DNA of 64,000 bases from the human T2T-CHM13v2.0 reference genome, Homo sapiens. Positions 1 through 13,325 of this stretch are shown here, piece by piece (position 1 is the first letter of the stretch; every line of letters starts with the position of its first letter). Made by a program: the position numbers and the translations under genes. The notes beneath the pieces are model-generated. The model saw nothing but the letters and a program-made list of their open reading frames with translations, searched no databases and was not told the origin of the DNA. The DNA lies in NCBI RefSeq assembly GCF_009914755.1, contig NC_060935.1. One strand, 5' to 3'.

Positions 1-36
1 AGATAATTTTCATAGCTTTCATGGACTGAGTGCAGT

Positions 37-120
37 CTGTGTGGCCCTCCATGCCAGCTGTGTGGCCCTCTGTGCCTGCTGTGTGGCTCATGGCGCCAGC
101 TGTGTGGCTCTCCGTGCTGG
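37..120. repeat. Degenerate 21-nt minisatellite, 4 copies (ctgtgtggccctccatgccag)
   Basis: Units at 37-57, 58-78, 79-99 and 100-120 all begin ctgtgtggc. Confidence 0.85.
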
Positions 121-2519
121 GACGCTTAGGAGCTTTTTATCTCACATCTGCAATGGGAAGACAGGAGGCAGATGGGAAAGAAGACTGCATTTCCTGAATG
201 CCTACCACATTTCAGTTGCTGAGCCAGACTTTCACAAAATGAGGTCTCCTGTATCCTTCACAGCAAACCTGCTAACGAGGCCCTATTAAGTATTTTAAAG
301 ATGGGAAACTGGGGTTCCAAGGAGTCGTTGCCTGCCCAAGGTTGTGGAATTCTAATCTAGACCTGTTGGTTTATAGGACGCCAACACTTGTCCTGAAGCA
401 GCGTTGTGGATTTGGTGGTGGAGTTAGGCGGTACGTATCACAGATTGCAGGGCTCTGGGAGACTTTTGCCAAGGAGGTTAGTTAGAATTTGGTGGTGTAC
501 ATGTGTAATTAGATGCCTAAGTATGTCTCAGGAAATCATGAAGCTTAGGTCCAGTGATAAAATAGTAGAATTTAATTTTGAGGCACGTGTGCCAGAGCTT
601 ATTTACCCAAACAAATGTAATTCTCTTTGAAGTATTAACTTGGAAAGACTGTGCTTTGTGATATTTCCATTCTTCAGACCTTTTTAAGGAAACTTTATGG
701 GAGCAAGTGCTTTCCCAGCTTGCAAAATACGGCTTTGAATGCATTCAGCAGACCATTCTTGAGCATTGAACTCCCCTTAATATGGGCAGAGAAGTATGGC
801 TTTTCCCTAGCGGTGGTCCCTGGGACCTAGCATGGGTTCACCAAGAACGAGCCACCCCAGGCTAGCTTCGCTTCTTTCTCTGAAAACCTTATTAAGCAGA
901 AAACTATAGTTTATACAATGCATAAATGAGACCTTTGATCTGCTTTTTAATTTTATCTACTGTGTTGAAAACAGAGACATAGTCTGAGCTGAATGCAAGA
1001 ACTATGGTCTGAACTGCCCCTTAGTTAATACCTAAGAGTGACAAACATGTGTTGTAATGGGAGATCAGTACTATGTGATTTTTGTTGACTGTGCGATCAC
1101 AGTAAGTTTGTGATGTGGCTTCTGCAGAAGCGAGTGTTACCTCGGAGTGTGCAGATAGAGGAGGATGCATACCATGTTAGAACACACTTGGAGCCAGGGG
1201 TTCTGTTTTCCTTCCTTCGCTCCCTGCCTCTCTCCACTATACTGTATGCCAGGTACCTTTCTATGTGTTGGGATGCAAAGGTGGACAAAAGAAAGCCCCT
1301 TTAGAGAGAACGTAAAAACTAGGGTTTCTTCAGAGGGCAGCACCCCAGATGATAAAGAGAAGAAACCACATGTCACACAAAATCATTCAAAGGATGGGGT
1401 GGATGTGGGAGTGGTAGTATTTGCCCTGACTTAGAAAAGACTCTGCAGAGACATGGGTGAAGAAGCAGCACATTTGTCCAGTAGACTCTAGTTATAATCT
1501 TAAAAGGCAGTCACATTTTGGCTCAATTATAAAAAAGATATTCTTCACAGTCCTGCAAAGGTGGACTGGGCTTCTGCTTTAGGATATAGCGAGAAGTATT
1601 GAAGCAGGGATCAAAAGACCATTTGGTGGCTTACTGTGAAGGTCAACAATATAATGAATCTCCTTTAAAATTTCCAGTCATGAAAATTGTATAAGTGAGC
1701 AGGCATGTCATCTGCCTGCAAGACACATGCTAGTAATGAAGGAAGATGTATATCACAATGAACATGCCTGCTTTATATTGTTTATTTATTTCTTTGGGGG
1801 CAGCTGAATATGATCAATTTAGAGATGTTAGAACATTTGTAACTATAGTTTGTGAGATGGGCAATTTTAACTGCAGGAAGTCTTCAGAATCACAGCACAG
1901 GTTCAATTCACTGTGGTTGTTATGTCATAATTATATATTGTGGATGTCTAATTCCTTTTCAAACCTAGAAGTAAAGATCATGTAACATATCCTAGCCAAT
2001 ATTAAAGCAATATTATTATAAAAATGATCTCTGATGTAGAACCACTAGAATTAGGGCCTTAGGTCTACCCATATTGAGTTTGCCCTTTTTATTTGCAAAA
2101 TGCTTGATCCCAGATTGCTATGAGAGATAGACATAATAGTGATCTTTCTGCTTTTGATAGTTAGGTATCATAGTTTTAAGACAGCCCATGGAGTTTTAGA
2201 AATTGTGTCTGTGTCTACAGAATCATGTGTGTGATTAGATAAAGATTAGTAGGTACAGAAACTAGCTGAAGCATTGATTGATACACCTTGTACCTTCCAA
2301 AGAATTGATCTGTTTAAATCAAGTTAGTTTTACAGCTCCGTTTGTTGCTTCTCTAGATTGATTAGGTGGTTTTATGATGTTTCTTTTATTTTTTTCACTA
2401 GGAATTTTGCTGAGTATTTTTAATACCTGAATTGACAGACTGGTTTATCGGTGTTGGGGGTCTGTGTGAGCTTCTCATTAGTCCATTTACAATGGCAGCA
2501 CTTTCATGTTTAAATGTAG

Positions 2520-3117
2520 ACAAACCTGTCCCTAATATTTATGGAGCCTGAGGCAAAGAGTGTCAGTGGAAGCTCATGTACTCTATGTTGAAATATTTAA
2601 AGGAAAATTCGAGTTAATACACTGTTAAATAACATTTTCTCACCTCCTACTTTGACAAATTTACTTTAATAATAACTTGGAACCCAGGTTCAAATTTAGA
2701 GGCCTGCCCCCTTCTCTTCCCACTCCAGCTGTATGTTGTAACATGTTCATATGGATGCTGCAGATTGCACAAGCAAACCTTCTTCTCCTTCCTCCTGCTA
2801 ACAGCTGTTCCCAGGCCACTCCTTGCAGTGAAGCATACTCACACCTGTGACACAATCTGCCCTTTTGAGAACAGATTCAGGGAAGTGGCCTACACAGACC
2901 TTGGAAGTGGAAAAGGGTTATTGGCTTGAGAGTTCCAAAGTCTTGGGTCCTTGGTCGATGGTCTAAAAGGTGAGGGTGTTAGGTGAAGTGTCCTCTTGAT
3001 CCTCAAAGGCTCCTCACCCTGGGAGGAGGAGGAAGATGGCTAGAAGAAGACCAGAGCAAGACCCTCTAAAGTCTAGGGCCCAAGTTGGGCCCTCTGGCCG
3101 AGGTCTAAGGACTGTAC
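2520..3117. mobile_element. Possible hAT-Tip100-type DNA transposon relic
   Basis: End segments (atttatggagcctgaggcaaag...; ctagggcccaag...ggtctaaggac) resemble Tip100-family termini; recognised by eye only. Confidence 0.3.
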
Positions 3118-3904
3118 AGAATATGGATAAAAGCATGACTAACTTCCAACTGCCTTTCATACTTCAGAGCTTGAAACCGAGTAGTTTCAACCAAGTAGTT
3201 GGGTTGGCCTAAGTAGCTTTGCCATTTAACCTCGTAAATGATCTAAACATCAACATAGTCTGAGAGTTGAATAAAAAATAAGTGAAGTAGTTGTTCATTG
3301 TCAGGTCAGGTTTGAATTCTCTCATACTTGAAATCCCTGCAACTGTGAAATTGCCTGTAGGAATTGCAGGTTGTGCTAAACAATCAAACGAATTGGTAGG
3401 TTGGCTCCCATAGGCAAAATCTTGAGGCTGTTTGGGGCAAAAAAAATTACAAAATATAACTAGTAATAAGTGGGATGCAATAAGAATCAAATGTGATCCA
3501 ATTTTCTGGGGAAGCAAATTGCATTGCACTTTGTTTTATTTTAAAAAATGATGTGAAAATACAGAGCATCACAGCACAGACAAATATCTTACACCAGTTT
3601 TCACAATAAAATCCCCAAATGTGAAAGCTCTCCCTTTTTGCAAAGGCACTTTGGAAGCAATAATGTTTGTGTGCATAGTTGAGTTTATCAGAGTATACTG
3701 ATTTTTTATCCCATGAGGTTTTCAAGGAAAGTGCAGCTGGTCAACCTTTAGTGTTTTCTTTGCCACAGGGTATAGTTCTGTTTCTGTCCGCTCAAATACA
3801 GTCTTTCAGGAAACGAATTCTCTGTAGGATACCTTAAAATGTCTTTGTGTTGTAACACAGGGTAGGGGGCAGTATGTTTAATAGGTTAGTGTGGATACGT
3901 GGGT

Positions 3905-4125
3905 CCTGAAATCACAGTCCTGCTTTTTGCTCCTGGCTCTGCCACTTCTAGTTACTTGTGTAACCTTGAGCAAGTTACTTAACCTTCTCTAAGTTTCAGT
4001 TTTCTCATCAGTAAAGTGGGTTGAATAATAGTGCCTTTGTTAAAAGGTAGGTATGAGGATTGAAAAGTATAGGTAAAGGGGTTAGCACATAGTTAACATT
4101 CAATAAATGCAAACTATTAATCACT
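3905..4125 (+). mobile_element. MIR SINE
   Basis: ctggctctgccactt...taaccttgagcaagttacttaacc...cagttttctcatc MIR core. Confidence 0.85.
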
Positions 4126-5314
4126 ATTAGCTCACTTGTGTAAGGAAGGCCTATGGGTTTATAGAAAGGTAACATTTTGTGGTAAGAGAACCTCTCCAGG
4201 GGAACCTCTGTAAACTCCAGAGGGCTGCACGGAAAATTCCACTGTGGATGATGGGCCTTCTCCCGGAGTTTACCTGTTAAGGTGAAGTAGGTCGTGCTTT
4301 GAAGTGCTTGGCAGTGGCCAGACCTGGACAGGTACTGAGAGTTGCACTGGGTGCTGTGGTTGCTGTGTCCCCGCCTTCCATCCTAGGTAGCAGATGGTAG
4401 TCCTTACTCATCTCTGAAGAGTCCTAAGTAGCCCGAGTCCTAGATGTAATTTGTTGCTTATCCGCAAAGTGGTTTTGAAGGATATGGTTTTTCTTCTTTG
4501 GGTATGAAACATAAGAGGATGAAGGAAAAATGAGAAGTTTTGTTTCTAAATGAATATAGTACACAGCCTCAGAAAATATGGGGAAAAGATGAGAAGGAAA
4601 ATTATTTTTATTTCTAAATGCACTATTCATTTCATTTTCCAAGTAACTTGTGGCTATCATTATTTTTAGTGATTTATGCTTAAATAGTCTTCCTTGGGAA
4701 TTATCAAATACTGGCTTCAAATATAGACAGGGAAATTATAGGTCATAGTAGGCTCATAAAATAACGCTTAGAATGAACTTGGGATGGGACGTGGAACAGG
4801 GCAGCAGACTTTCCACCAGGCGCCATTCCTGTGTTCTCAGCTCTACCCTTGAGCCTTCTCTAGTGGGGCCCCAAATGCACCACCATGATGTAAGGGTCTG
4901 ACCAACTACTTAGTTTCTAGCAGCCCAGAGTGAAGGCACCTCTCTGTGCCTTCCTCTTCGCTAAGCCTCAGTTTTTTTGTTTTTGTTTTTTTCCCTTGCA
5001 AAAATTGAGACAGTAGTGTCCAATTTGCAGAGGGTCTCTGAGAATGAAATCAGAGGCACGTAGCAACTGCCTGGACAGTGCCAGCACTCCACCTGCCACC
5101 CCTCCCCACTGCCCTCTATTTGTGGAGAGGTGGATGATTTTGCTAGTCACAAAGCCTGTCTTCTTTGAGACAGTAGGGAAAAAGCAACCACTGTGATTCA
5201 CAGAATTTCCTGAATAGGCACAGCTGCAATTTCTCTGCCTTTACTCATCACCATAAACATACTTTAAAGTTGTCAGTTATGTTTTCTTTCTCATTTTTGG
5301 TGTTGAAAAAAATT

Positions 5315-5430
5315 AACCTTTGAGTTTCAGTTTCCTTTTCTGTAAAATGGGGAGAAGAATAGCTCCCATTCCGTAAGGTGGCTGTGAGAATGTGAGAATA
5401 CAGGTGACAGGCTGCATAATTCTCGCAAAA
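5315..5430 (+). mobile_element. MIR fragment
   Basis: cagtttccttttctgtaaaatgggg...gctgtgagaat. Confidence 0.7.
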
Positions 5431-6472
5431 TGCTGTTGGAGTCCCTAGAAGGGGAGGAGGGGAGCTGTGAAATCCGGTTTGGAATTGGGAATTTTCATCC
5501 TGAGCTTGTGTTAAGGAAAGGAATGAGGCCCATCCCAAAGTAGAAACCAAAAACGTTCTTACTGAATATGGCACAAGCACTGGTTTTCTTTCCTAATGAG
5601 TGTGGTCATTATTAGAGTTAAGCCTTTCCCTGCATGGCAAGTGTGAACATGTCTGCAGACCCTGAGGACACCAGAGCGGCAGGCTTTGAAGGGAGAGCAG
5701 TGGACACTCAGTGACGGGGCCACTCACAGTCTAGCTCTGACCCCACCAGATCCTGTAGGTTCCTGGTTCTTGTTCCTGGTGAATTCCTGACTATCACCTT
5801 TACACAGTGATAGAGCCTTTATTTCCACTCTGCATGGAGGCATATTGCATTTGAAAGATTGAAACCCATTGCTGTCCCCATTGACAGGGAGCATGTTAAG
5901 GGTAAGATGCTGCATTTCACTCATTGCTGGGCCCCCATTTCTGAATCTGGACTTGTGTCTTGTAGGCATTCAAGAAGTAGCAGTTGGAAGAATGTCACTG
6001 ATGGAATTGATGTCTCTGTGTACACACCCCCAGATCAAAGACCATGCTTCTTGGTCTAGCCATAGGAACTCTCCACCCTTGAGACTCAGCCAGGACGTGG
6101 GGCCCAGCCTTTCTTTACCTCCCTGGTAGTGCCCTTTTTAGAGATAGGCATAAAATGACAGTGCTGCCCCTCAAGTCTAAAGGAGGGGGCAAAACGTAGC
6201 GTCCTGTGCTTCACCACTGGGGGCTGGCTGGGCCACTGTTAAGGTCTGTGGAGACTTCTGTTTGCAGGAGAGGTTGATGAAAACCCTTGGCTTTAGCTGT
6301 GGCCAGAGGATCCAGGCTTTACCTTGTATGCTCCGAGCCCTGTGCCTGGCAAGTCTGCCACATGGTTATGGAAATGTTCCTGAGGCATGAAGGAGGCCTT
6401 TCTGGACCAGCCGATGGGGAGTGGGTGAGGAGGTGTGGAGGAGGAAAGAAAGAAAACTCTTTCCCCATTCTT

Positions 6473-6774
6473 TTTTTTTTTTTTTTTTTTTTTTTGAGAT
6501 GGAGCCTCCCTCTGTCGTCCAGGCTGTAGTGCAGTTGTGCAATCTTAGCTCACTGCAAGCTCCACCTCCTGGGTTCAAGCAGTTCTCCTGACTCAGCCTT
6601 CCGAGTAGTTGGGACTATAGGCGCACACCACCACGCCTGGCTAATTTTTGTATATTTAGTAGAGACAGGGTTTCACCATGTTGGTCAGGCTAGTCTTGAA
6701 CTCTTGACCTCGTGATCTGCCCACCTCAACCTCCCAAAGTGCTGGGATTAAAGGCTTGAGCCACTGCGCCCTTC
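6473..6774 (-). mobile_element. AluS element with 16-bp TSD
   Basis: Poly-T then antisense Alu body; TSD ctctttccccattctt at 6457-6472 and 6775-6790. Confidence 0.95.
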
Positions 6775-9700
6775 CTCTTTCCCCATTCTTAAGTACCTAG
6801 TAACAGGTCTGAGCTGTTTAGAGGTGTAAGGGAGCTTGCGAAGTTGGGAAGTGTCCGGATGTATGGACGCTGGAGCATTTTCCCCATGAGGGTCTAAGCC
6901 TGGGAAAATGGCCAGATTCTACTCAGAGACATTCTCCCATTTTCTTAAACTAGGGGTGTGCTGGGAGAACTCTGGGCTCCTTGCCCACAGGACAGCCGAG
7001 AAGCTTTTGTCTTCCCCTCTCTTGCTGAGACACATCCTCCCTCTGAACTTCCCACCTTAGTCTTCGGAGTCGTTTTAGACTCGAGATTGCTAGTGACTTG
7101 AAGGTTCTGGTCTTTCTGCTATGATTGGGATCTGTGCTGCACCCCTGGGTCTGGCAGTGTCCCCAGCAGTGGGATGCTGCCCAGCAGTAGGTCTTTCATG
7201 CTGACGAGCACAGTGGCTGATGTCATTGTGGGGGAGTTCCTTCTGTGGCCATAGAGGTCTTGGTCTTTAACGCTATATCTCCTCCTCCCTGGCCCTGAAA
7301 TAAATTCCTTTGGGCTGCTAACTCTCCTTCCTTTAGTGGCTGCTGTTAGTTAATAGTCCTTTTCCTAGACTGGTGAGATGGTTGCTTTCATCTCAGCCTG
7401 TGAGGCTGGGAGTCATTTGGATGGAGGTGGCCAGAAGCTACTTGAATGCTCCACGGCTATAGAGGACATTCAGCATCCATTCTGTTTTTCTTACCAAATG
7501 CATAGAGGCCAGCCCTCTCACTGGCTCATTGTATGATTCAGGTGGGATGACGTCCCTTGCAACTCTGGAAGTAGACCGTGATTGATATAAGCCTAAAACA
7601 GCTATGTCCACGGCGATTGATTGAGGGATGGTGCCTGACCAGTCACATCCAGTGAGATAGAGGAGATATCTTTCTGGGGCTGCTGGGAAAGTAAAGCTTT
7701 CTTTCGCTGAAGCTTTCAGAAGAGAATCACACATCCTGTGGATGGTGTAGGGTGAGGACATGAGTTCTATATGGGAGCAGTTTTCTTTCATAAGAATCCC
7801 ACACATGTGCAGGACTGGTTACTGGTTGGAACCACTAAGTAACCTATTGGGAGGCAGATTGGTAATGATGCCATCTAAGCTGTTGGAACAAGACTTCTTA
7901 GTTAAATAAGCCACTAAGCCCCCTCCATTGCTTAAAAGCCAGTTTGATCATTGTTTCTTAGAACATAGTGACCTGATATGCAGACCTTCCTCTTGTGAAT
8001 TTGTTGAGGACTTTTCCTACAAGGTCTTCTCCAAGGTCCGTGTGAGGGTTCGGCATTAGCATCTGGGAAGCCAGGGATCCTCATGCTAAGGCAGAACAAA
8101 AACAGGAGTCAGGGCTGGAGAGGGGCGTCTGTGGTCTCTGGGGCAAGGCAGCTTGAGGTGGGACCCAGAAGTCCAGGGAATCAGAGAGGAACAGTGGGTT
8201 GGAGTAGATCTATGGGTTGGAATAGGTCTGTGAGAGGTCTTAGGGGAGTGGTCTTGCCCACAGTGGAGTGGCCCCGAATCCACTGAGGATCCCGGGATGG
8301 GGGTGCAGGCCTTCGGTTATCATAGACTGTATATGTGTATCTGGGTGGGGGTGGGGGTAGGGTGGTGTGTCTAAGTTCTTTCATGTCTGGGGTGGTGTTG
8401 TAGATCGAACTTCTCCCAAACAGGCTCAGCCACACCGGTAGGACGTAGTCTCTTCCTGTTTTGCTTTATGATGTTCCTGTCTCTTAAGCTGAAAAGAGCC
8501 CCTGAAAGCCACTATTTAGTTGCCTATACTGACACACACCTGCGATTGGATGGATCGTCTCACACAGAGAGTTATGCACCATTCATAGCTAACCTCAGGG
8601 CCGGGGTGGTGCTCAGAAACACTGTCTTTATGATATACATGGGCTTTTGAGCTCGTGGCTTGTGGTTGTGGACTGAGAAAATTGCTTCCTGGGTTTATAG
8701 AGATGGTAGGGGAAATGACCCTCTTGCCACCACTTATTCAGTGATGGCTTCCTGGTGTGATGCTTGGGGATGGATGTGACTGAAAGGATTTCAGGAGTTA
8801 ATTGGAAGAGTACATCATAGCATGCATGATTGATCCCTATGTGGTATTATCATTATTAGAATCCCAAAAAGGTGATGGTTAAAAGAGTACTTAACTATTT
8901 GCTGGTCACTGGAGAGATGGAAACACTGAACATGTTTGTCCTTATCCTGCAAGAGCTCAGAGCCTAATATGGACAGCAGATCTGTAATAAATATTGTAGG
9001 GGATGGTAGAGGGACAGATTCACATTGACACAAATTTTTAAAAAGTAAATATTTAAAAGTAAACTTTTTCCCTCCAGAATATTACTGGTATTCATCTTCT
9101 TCCAGATAGAATATCTAATATAAAACCTATGAAATTTATCAAGAGAAGGCTTAATACAGGAGATGCTGGAAGCGCATAGATTTTCCTCAAATCCCTCTTG
9201 GTACATGTGAATCCACTACATCCAGAATCAGGCCATGCATCTTCACCAAATCATTCCCTTTGGGGAAGTCGTGGCTCAGTGCTCTTCTGGTTCAGGAACA
9301 CTGAGCCAGAGTAAATCACCCCTAATGGTCCTCTCTGCAGCCAGTGAGATTTCTAATACAGCAAGAATTCAATAGAACAATACCTTTCTAAGGTACTAGC
9401 TAGACTGTTAAGAGGGGCTAATGTGGTAGCAGCCTCCTGGCACAAAGGCAAGGGTCTGTGGTTAGTGACTGTCGTGTCTGTCTGAGCAGGGAGAATGTCC
9501 GTGAGCAGAATAGCTGGTGTCCAGATGCTCCTAGTGAACTTTTATCAGTGAGCAGACGTGGCCTGGGAGGGCAAGCCAGACTGTCCAGCCGGCTTGGAGC
9601 TGGAAGGGAGGAGTTCAGTCTTAGGTCAAGATACTGTGCTGAGGGAGGTGGAGCTGTAGAGGCAGTGGGCAAACTGGGGGCTCCCTGGGAGCCCTGGAAG

Positions 9701-10099
9701 CAGCTTCCACCACTTTGGATATTTGGCAATTGGAGGTGGAAGGATGCCAGGGAAGGTGTTTGGGTTTCTTTTCTCTGTGAAGTTATGGCAGTGCCATCTT
9801 CTAATCAGCCATCAAGAGAGCCACCTTTAAGAGTGCCTCAAGTGAGCCAAATTAGGGGATCGCCGGGACAGAAAAGCTGCTGAGGTGGGATGAGCACTGT
9901 GGATCATCTTCTGCCCTTCTGGAAGTCTTTGTGGGCTGGACATCCCAAATGTGGGCCTGGGAAAATAACATTTCCCATACTTCATGTGTGTATGTTTCAT
10001 TTTTTACAGTGGTGCTTTTGATAAGCAGTGTAACATCAAAGCCAAGAACTGTGCTTTCCATTTCTGGAAATATGAGGAGCCCAGAGGCTTCTCTTTGAG

Positions 10100-10230
10100 A
10101 TAAGAGCTGTGTGACTGTGTGAGCTACTTAATTTCTCCAAACTTCAGTGTGCACCTTCTTTGCAGGGCTGTATAAGGATTCATTGAGATGCTAACCATGA
10201 CACACTTGGCTCACAGTGGGTACTTAGTCC
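10100..10230 (+). mobile_element. MIR fragment
   Basis: agctgtgtgact...tacttaatttctc...aggattcattgagat. Confidence 0.6.
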
Positions 10231-11265
10231 TTGTCAGCTTTCCTGCCCGTCTGCAGGGGTGGCAGTGGTGCCAGGGGGTGGCGTGCTGAACTGCAAGTTC
10301 ATCTGGGATCTCCTGGTTGTGTTTGGATTTAGCTGGGGTGTGTCCTCTCCTCCTACACCTTGAGTCACCAGCCAAGGTGGAGGAGAGAGGATGGGGTGTA
10401 GCCTGTGTCCAGCTCTCTCTTGGACATGGTTGGGAGGTGCTGACCACAAGTCCGAGGCCCTGAAAAGAAGTGCTGCAAGGAGGATGTTTCTTTCCCCATT
10501 GGCACAGCATCAAGGTTCTCAACAGCTGGACACAAACAAGCTGTTCTGGGAGCCGTGTCTCATTCCCCTTCACCTCCTGCTTGCTGCCTGCTACGCTCAC
10601 TGGTCACCAGGGCTGACGTATGGGGAGGAATGGAGAGTGGTCTCACTGACAGTGGATGTCATTGTTTGCTCTCTCTGGAAGGAGGATGTCTGACCGAGGC
10701 CAGAGACCACGCTCAGGGGACCTGGACGCCCGGGGAGTTCAAGCGAGCCTCTGTCCTCAGTGATGGAGTCCTGGGCCATTGGGGCAGTGTTTGGGTGCTG
10801 CTTCCACTCTGGCTCTTGACAACAGAGTTTGTTCCCTTTGAAACAAGTTTGTAGGAACCAGAGTGTGTGAGGGGCCTTTGGCAGTGCTGAAGGAAAGGCA
10901 GCTGGAATCTTTGACCCCCTCAGGCCCCCGCTGGCCTGGCTAGAGAGCTCTGCCTGGAAGGGGACCTCTGTTGCTGGGCAAGGGAAGGCACCTTTGGCTT
11001 TAGGAAGCCTGAGGGTCTTGTCCCTGTCCTGGTTGCCAGGGCTCTGCCTAGTGCCATGGAAGGGAAGACCAGATTGGAAGTGATTCAGAAGCCGAATAAA
11101 TGAAGAGCGTGACAGCACTTGAGAGTCTTTGCGCATGTCATCTCATTTAATCCCCTAATAGCAGCAAGGGCGAGAGGCTTAGACATGTTAGGAAGCTTGT
11201 CACACCGTAAGCAAGACAGCCAGGAATTCTGATCTCAAGTCCAGCCACCCCTGACCATCGCAGAG

Positions 11266-11266
<1 letters not shown>

Positions 11267-11304
<38 letters not shown>

Positions 11305-11345
11305 CGTCCGTCCCGAGCTGTGTGTGTGTGTCTGTGTGTGTGTGC
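11267..11345. repeat. Interrupted (TG)n microsatellite
   Basis: Two TG arrays, each preceded by gagc. Confidence 0.95.
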
Positions 11346-13174
11346 ACGCGTCCCGGAGCGCACGCACCCATCAGTGAATGCTGCCTCCACGTGGGCAAGG
11401 CATATGCGTTTTTCTTTCATTATTCTCAGAAACAGGCATCCAGTGCAGAACGGGCCTGTAATGGTTGCTGACTAAGTGCTTAATGGAGATGTTTCTGCTG
11501 ATAAGCCTCAGTTGAAAAGGGAAAGACGCAGGCAAGCTGGCCAACATCAAAGCCGGGCTTTGTTTATAGATAAGGGTAGGTTTCATTCTGTGGGTTCCAG
11601 AGCCCCTGTCCCCAAATCTCAGAGGGGGTGAGTTTTAAACAGAAACTGTGTTTATCTCCCGCAGTGGGCTGGAAGACAGGCCTGCTGGGACTCAGAAGCT
11701 TCCCTCCCTCCCATCCTCCCTTCCTTCCTTTTTCCCTTTCTTCTTCCCTCCCTCCCTTCCCAGATAGCTAGCCACTGCCCTCATTTATAACATAACATAA
11801 ATAATGCTCTCTCTGCCCCAGCTGTTTCCGTTTGGTTTTTGTTCTTCACATATTTTATTCGTACTTGATTGTGGGTTATTTAAAGTAATTTGGAAAATAT
11901 GAATATTAAGTAGAGGAATCTGGAGAAGAGGTCACAGAACTGTAATGGACCCAAGCTGCAAAAATGCAAAACACAGTGTGTAACCATATGTGTGTGGACC
12001 TTCCCTCTTAGTTAAAACTGGCCATGACATGATGGTATGCCCCTCTTAACAGGTGTTTCAACTAGATGTAACCAAGTAATAAGTAGCTTCAATGATTGGG
12101 TGATGACGATTGGACTAAATTGTAATCTGGGCAGAAGTATAGAAATTCAACAGTTTTAAGGGCATTTGTGATATATGTGTATGTGTTACTTATGTGTTCT
12201 TCAGGACACAGATGGGGCCAAAGGACAAATTTTCTGTGTTTTCAGCACTGGGGTGCATGAGGGAGCAGGTGTCGGCCACACCAACACATATAAGTTGTTG
12301 CCTGCGGGTACAGATCAATGAATTCTTTCCTGTTACTTCATGGCTCAGAGGAAAGAAGGAAGAGCCAGCAAGTTAAGATCATGTATATGACGTAGAGCTA
12401 ATCCTTTTAAATTACATGTTACAGCACTTCAGGTTTTGATATGCCCAGGACTGAGGTCCTTTTAGGTTTTCAGAAGACTGAGAATTCTTAGGAACCTAGA
12501 CAGGGCCTCTGTTAAGGCTGAGCAAGCTGCGGTCTGCCTTCCTGTCTCTTCTGTTGGGCAGTCACGGGGGTGCTGATGCCAGGTGGCTTGTGAGCCTTCC
12601 CACTTTGCACTGTGCCTGCACTCGGGTGGCTTTTTATCAATCCGATACTGTTGCACTCACGTCCCACTTTGAGGCTGGATGAAGTCAAGCTGCCCGCCTT
12701 GCTGCCACCCTCTCTCATTCCAGTGTCTCTGACCACACTCTCACTAGGCCCTCTGGAAATCCCCTGTAGGATTTTGGAGGAGCATTCTGAGAACGGTTCT
12801 CTTGTATACGCTCTTGTTGTCAGGACACTTGAGCCAAAGTTGTTGGTCATTTGCCCCAGGAGCCCCTTTTCTTCTGCACGCTCTTTTTCCAGGGGATTTC
12901 AGGGTAGGTTCAACACTTTAAGTTACCCCGCCCCCTTTTTGGTATTTGTAGTGGCTTACACGCCCCAGGTAACTGAAAACTTTTGTTGGCTTATTAGGGG
13001 CATTTCCACATTGGAGCTGTAATCCGTGGAGATCAGGAAGACGTTTTCTTTGGGTGACTTTTTTCTCCTGGTGATGCAGTGGGCCAGTGCAAGGAGGAGG
13101 GTGAGTTTAGTTGCTATACACAAGCCAGGTACAAGACTTCCAGAGTGAGAGGGATAATTTACACCCTGTGGCTA

Positions 13175-13325
13175 TTTATTTAGCACATCTTTTGTGTGAA
13201 TCTCCAGTGCTAGGGACAGGGATCTCAAGATGAGTAAGACCTGGTTCCTGCTCTTAAGATGCTCATGGTTTAGTGGAGGGGACAAAGTGGGACACAGGTG
13301 ATGATGGCATTACAATGAGAATGTA
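13175..13325 (-). mobile_element. L2 3' end fragment
   Basis: atttatttagcac...gtgctagggacagg...gatgagtaagacctggttcctgctcttaag. Confidence 0.65.

Noticed and set aside
10597-11136. 179-aa minus-strand ORF
   Set aside because: No recognisable domain or gene context; consistent with a chance ORF in GC-richer intron.
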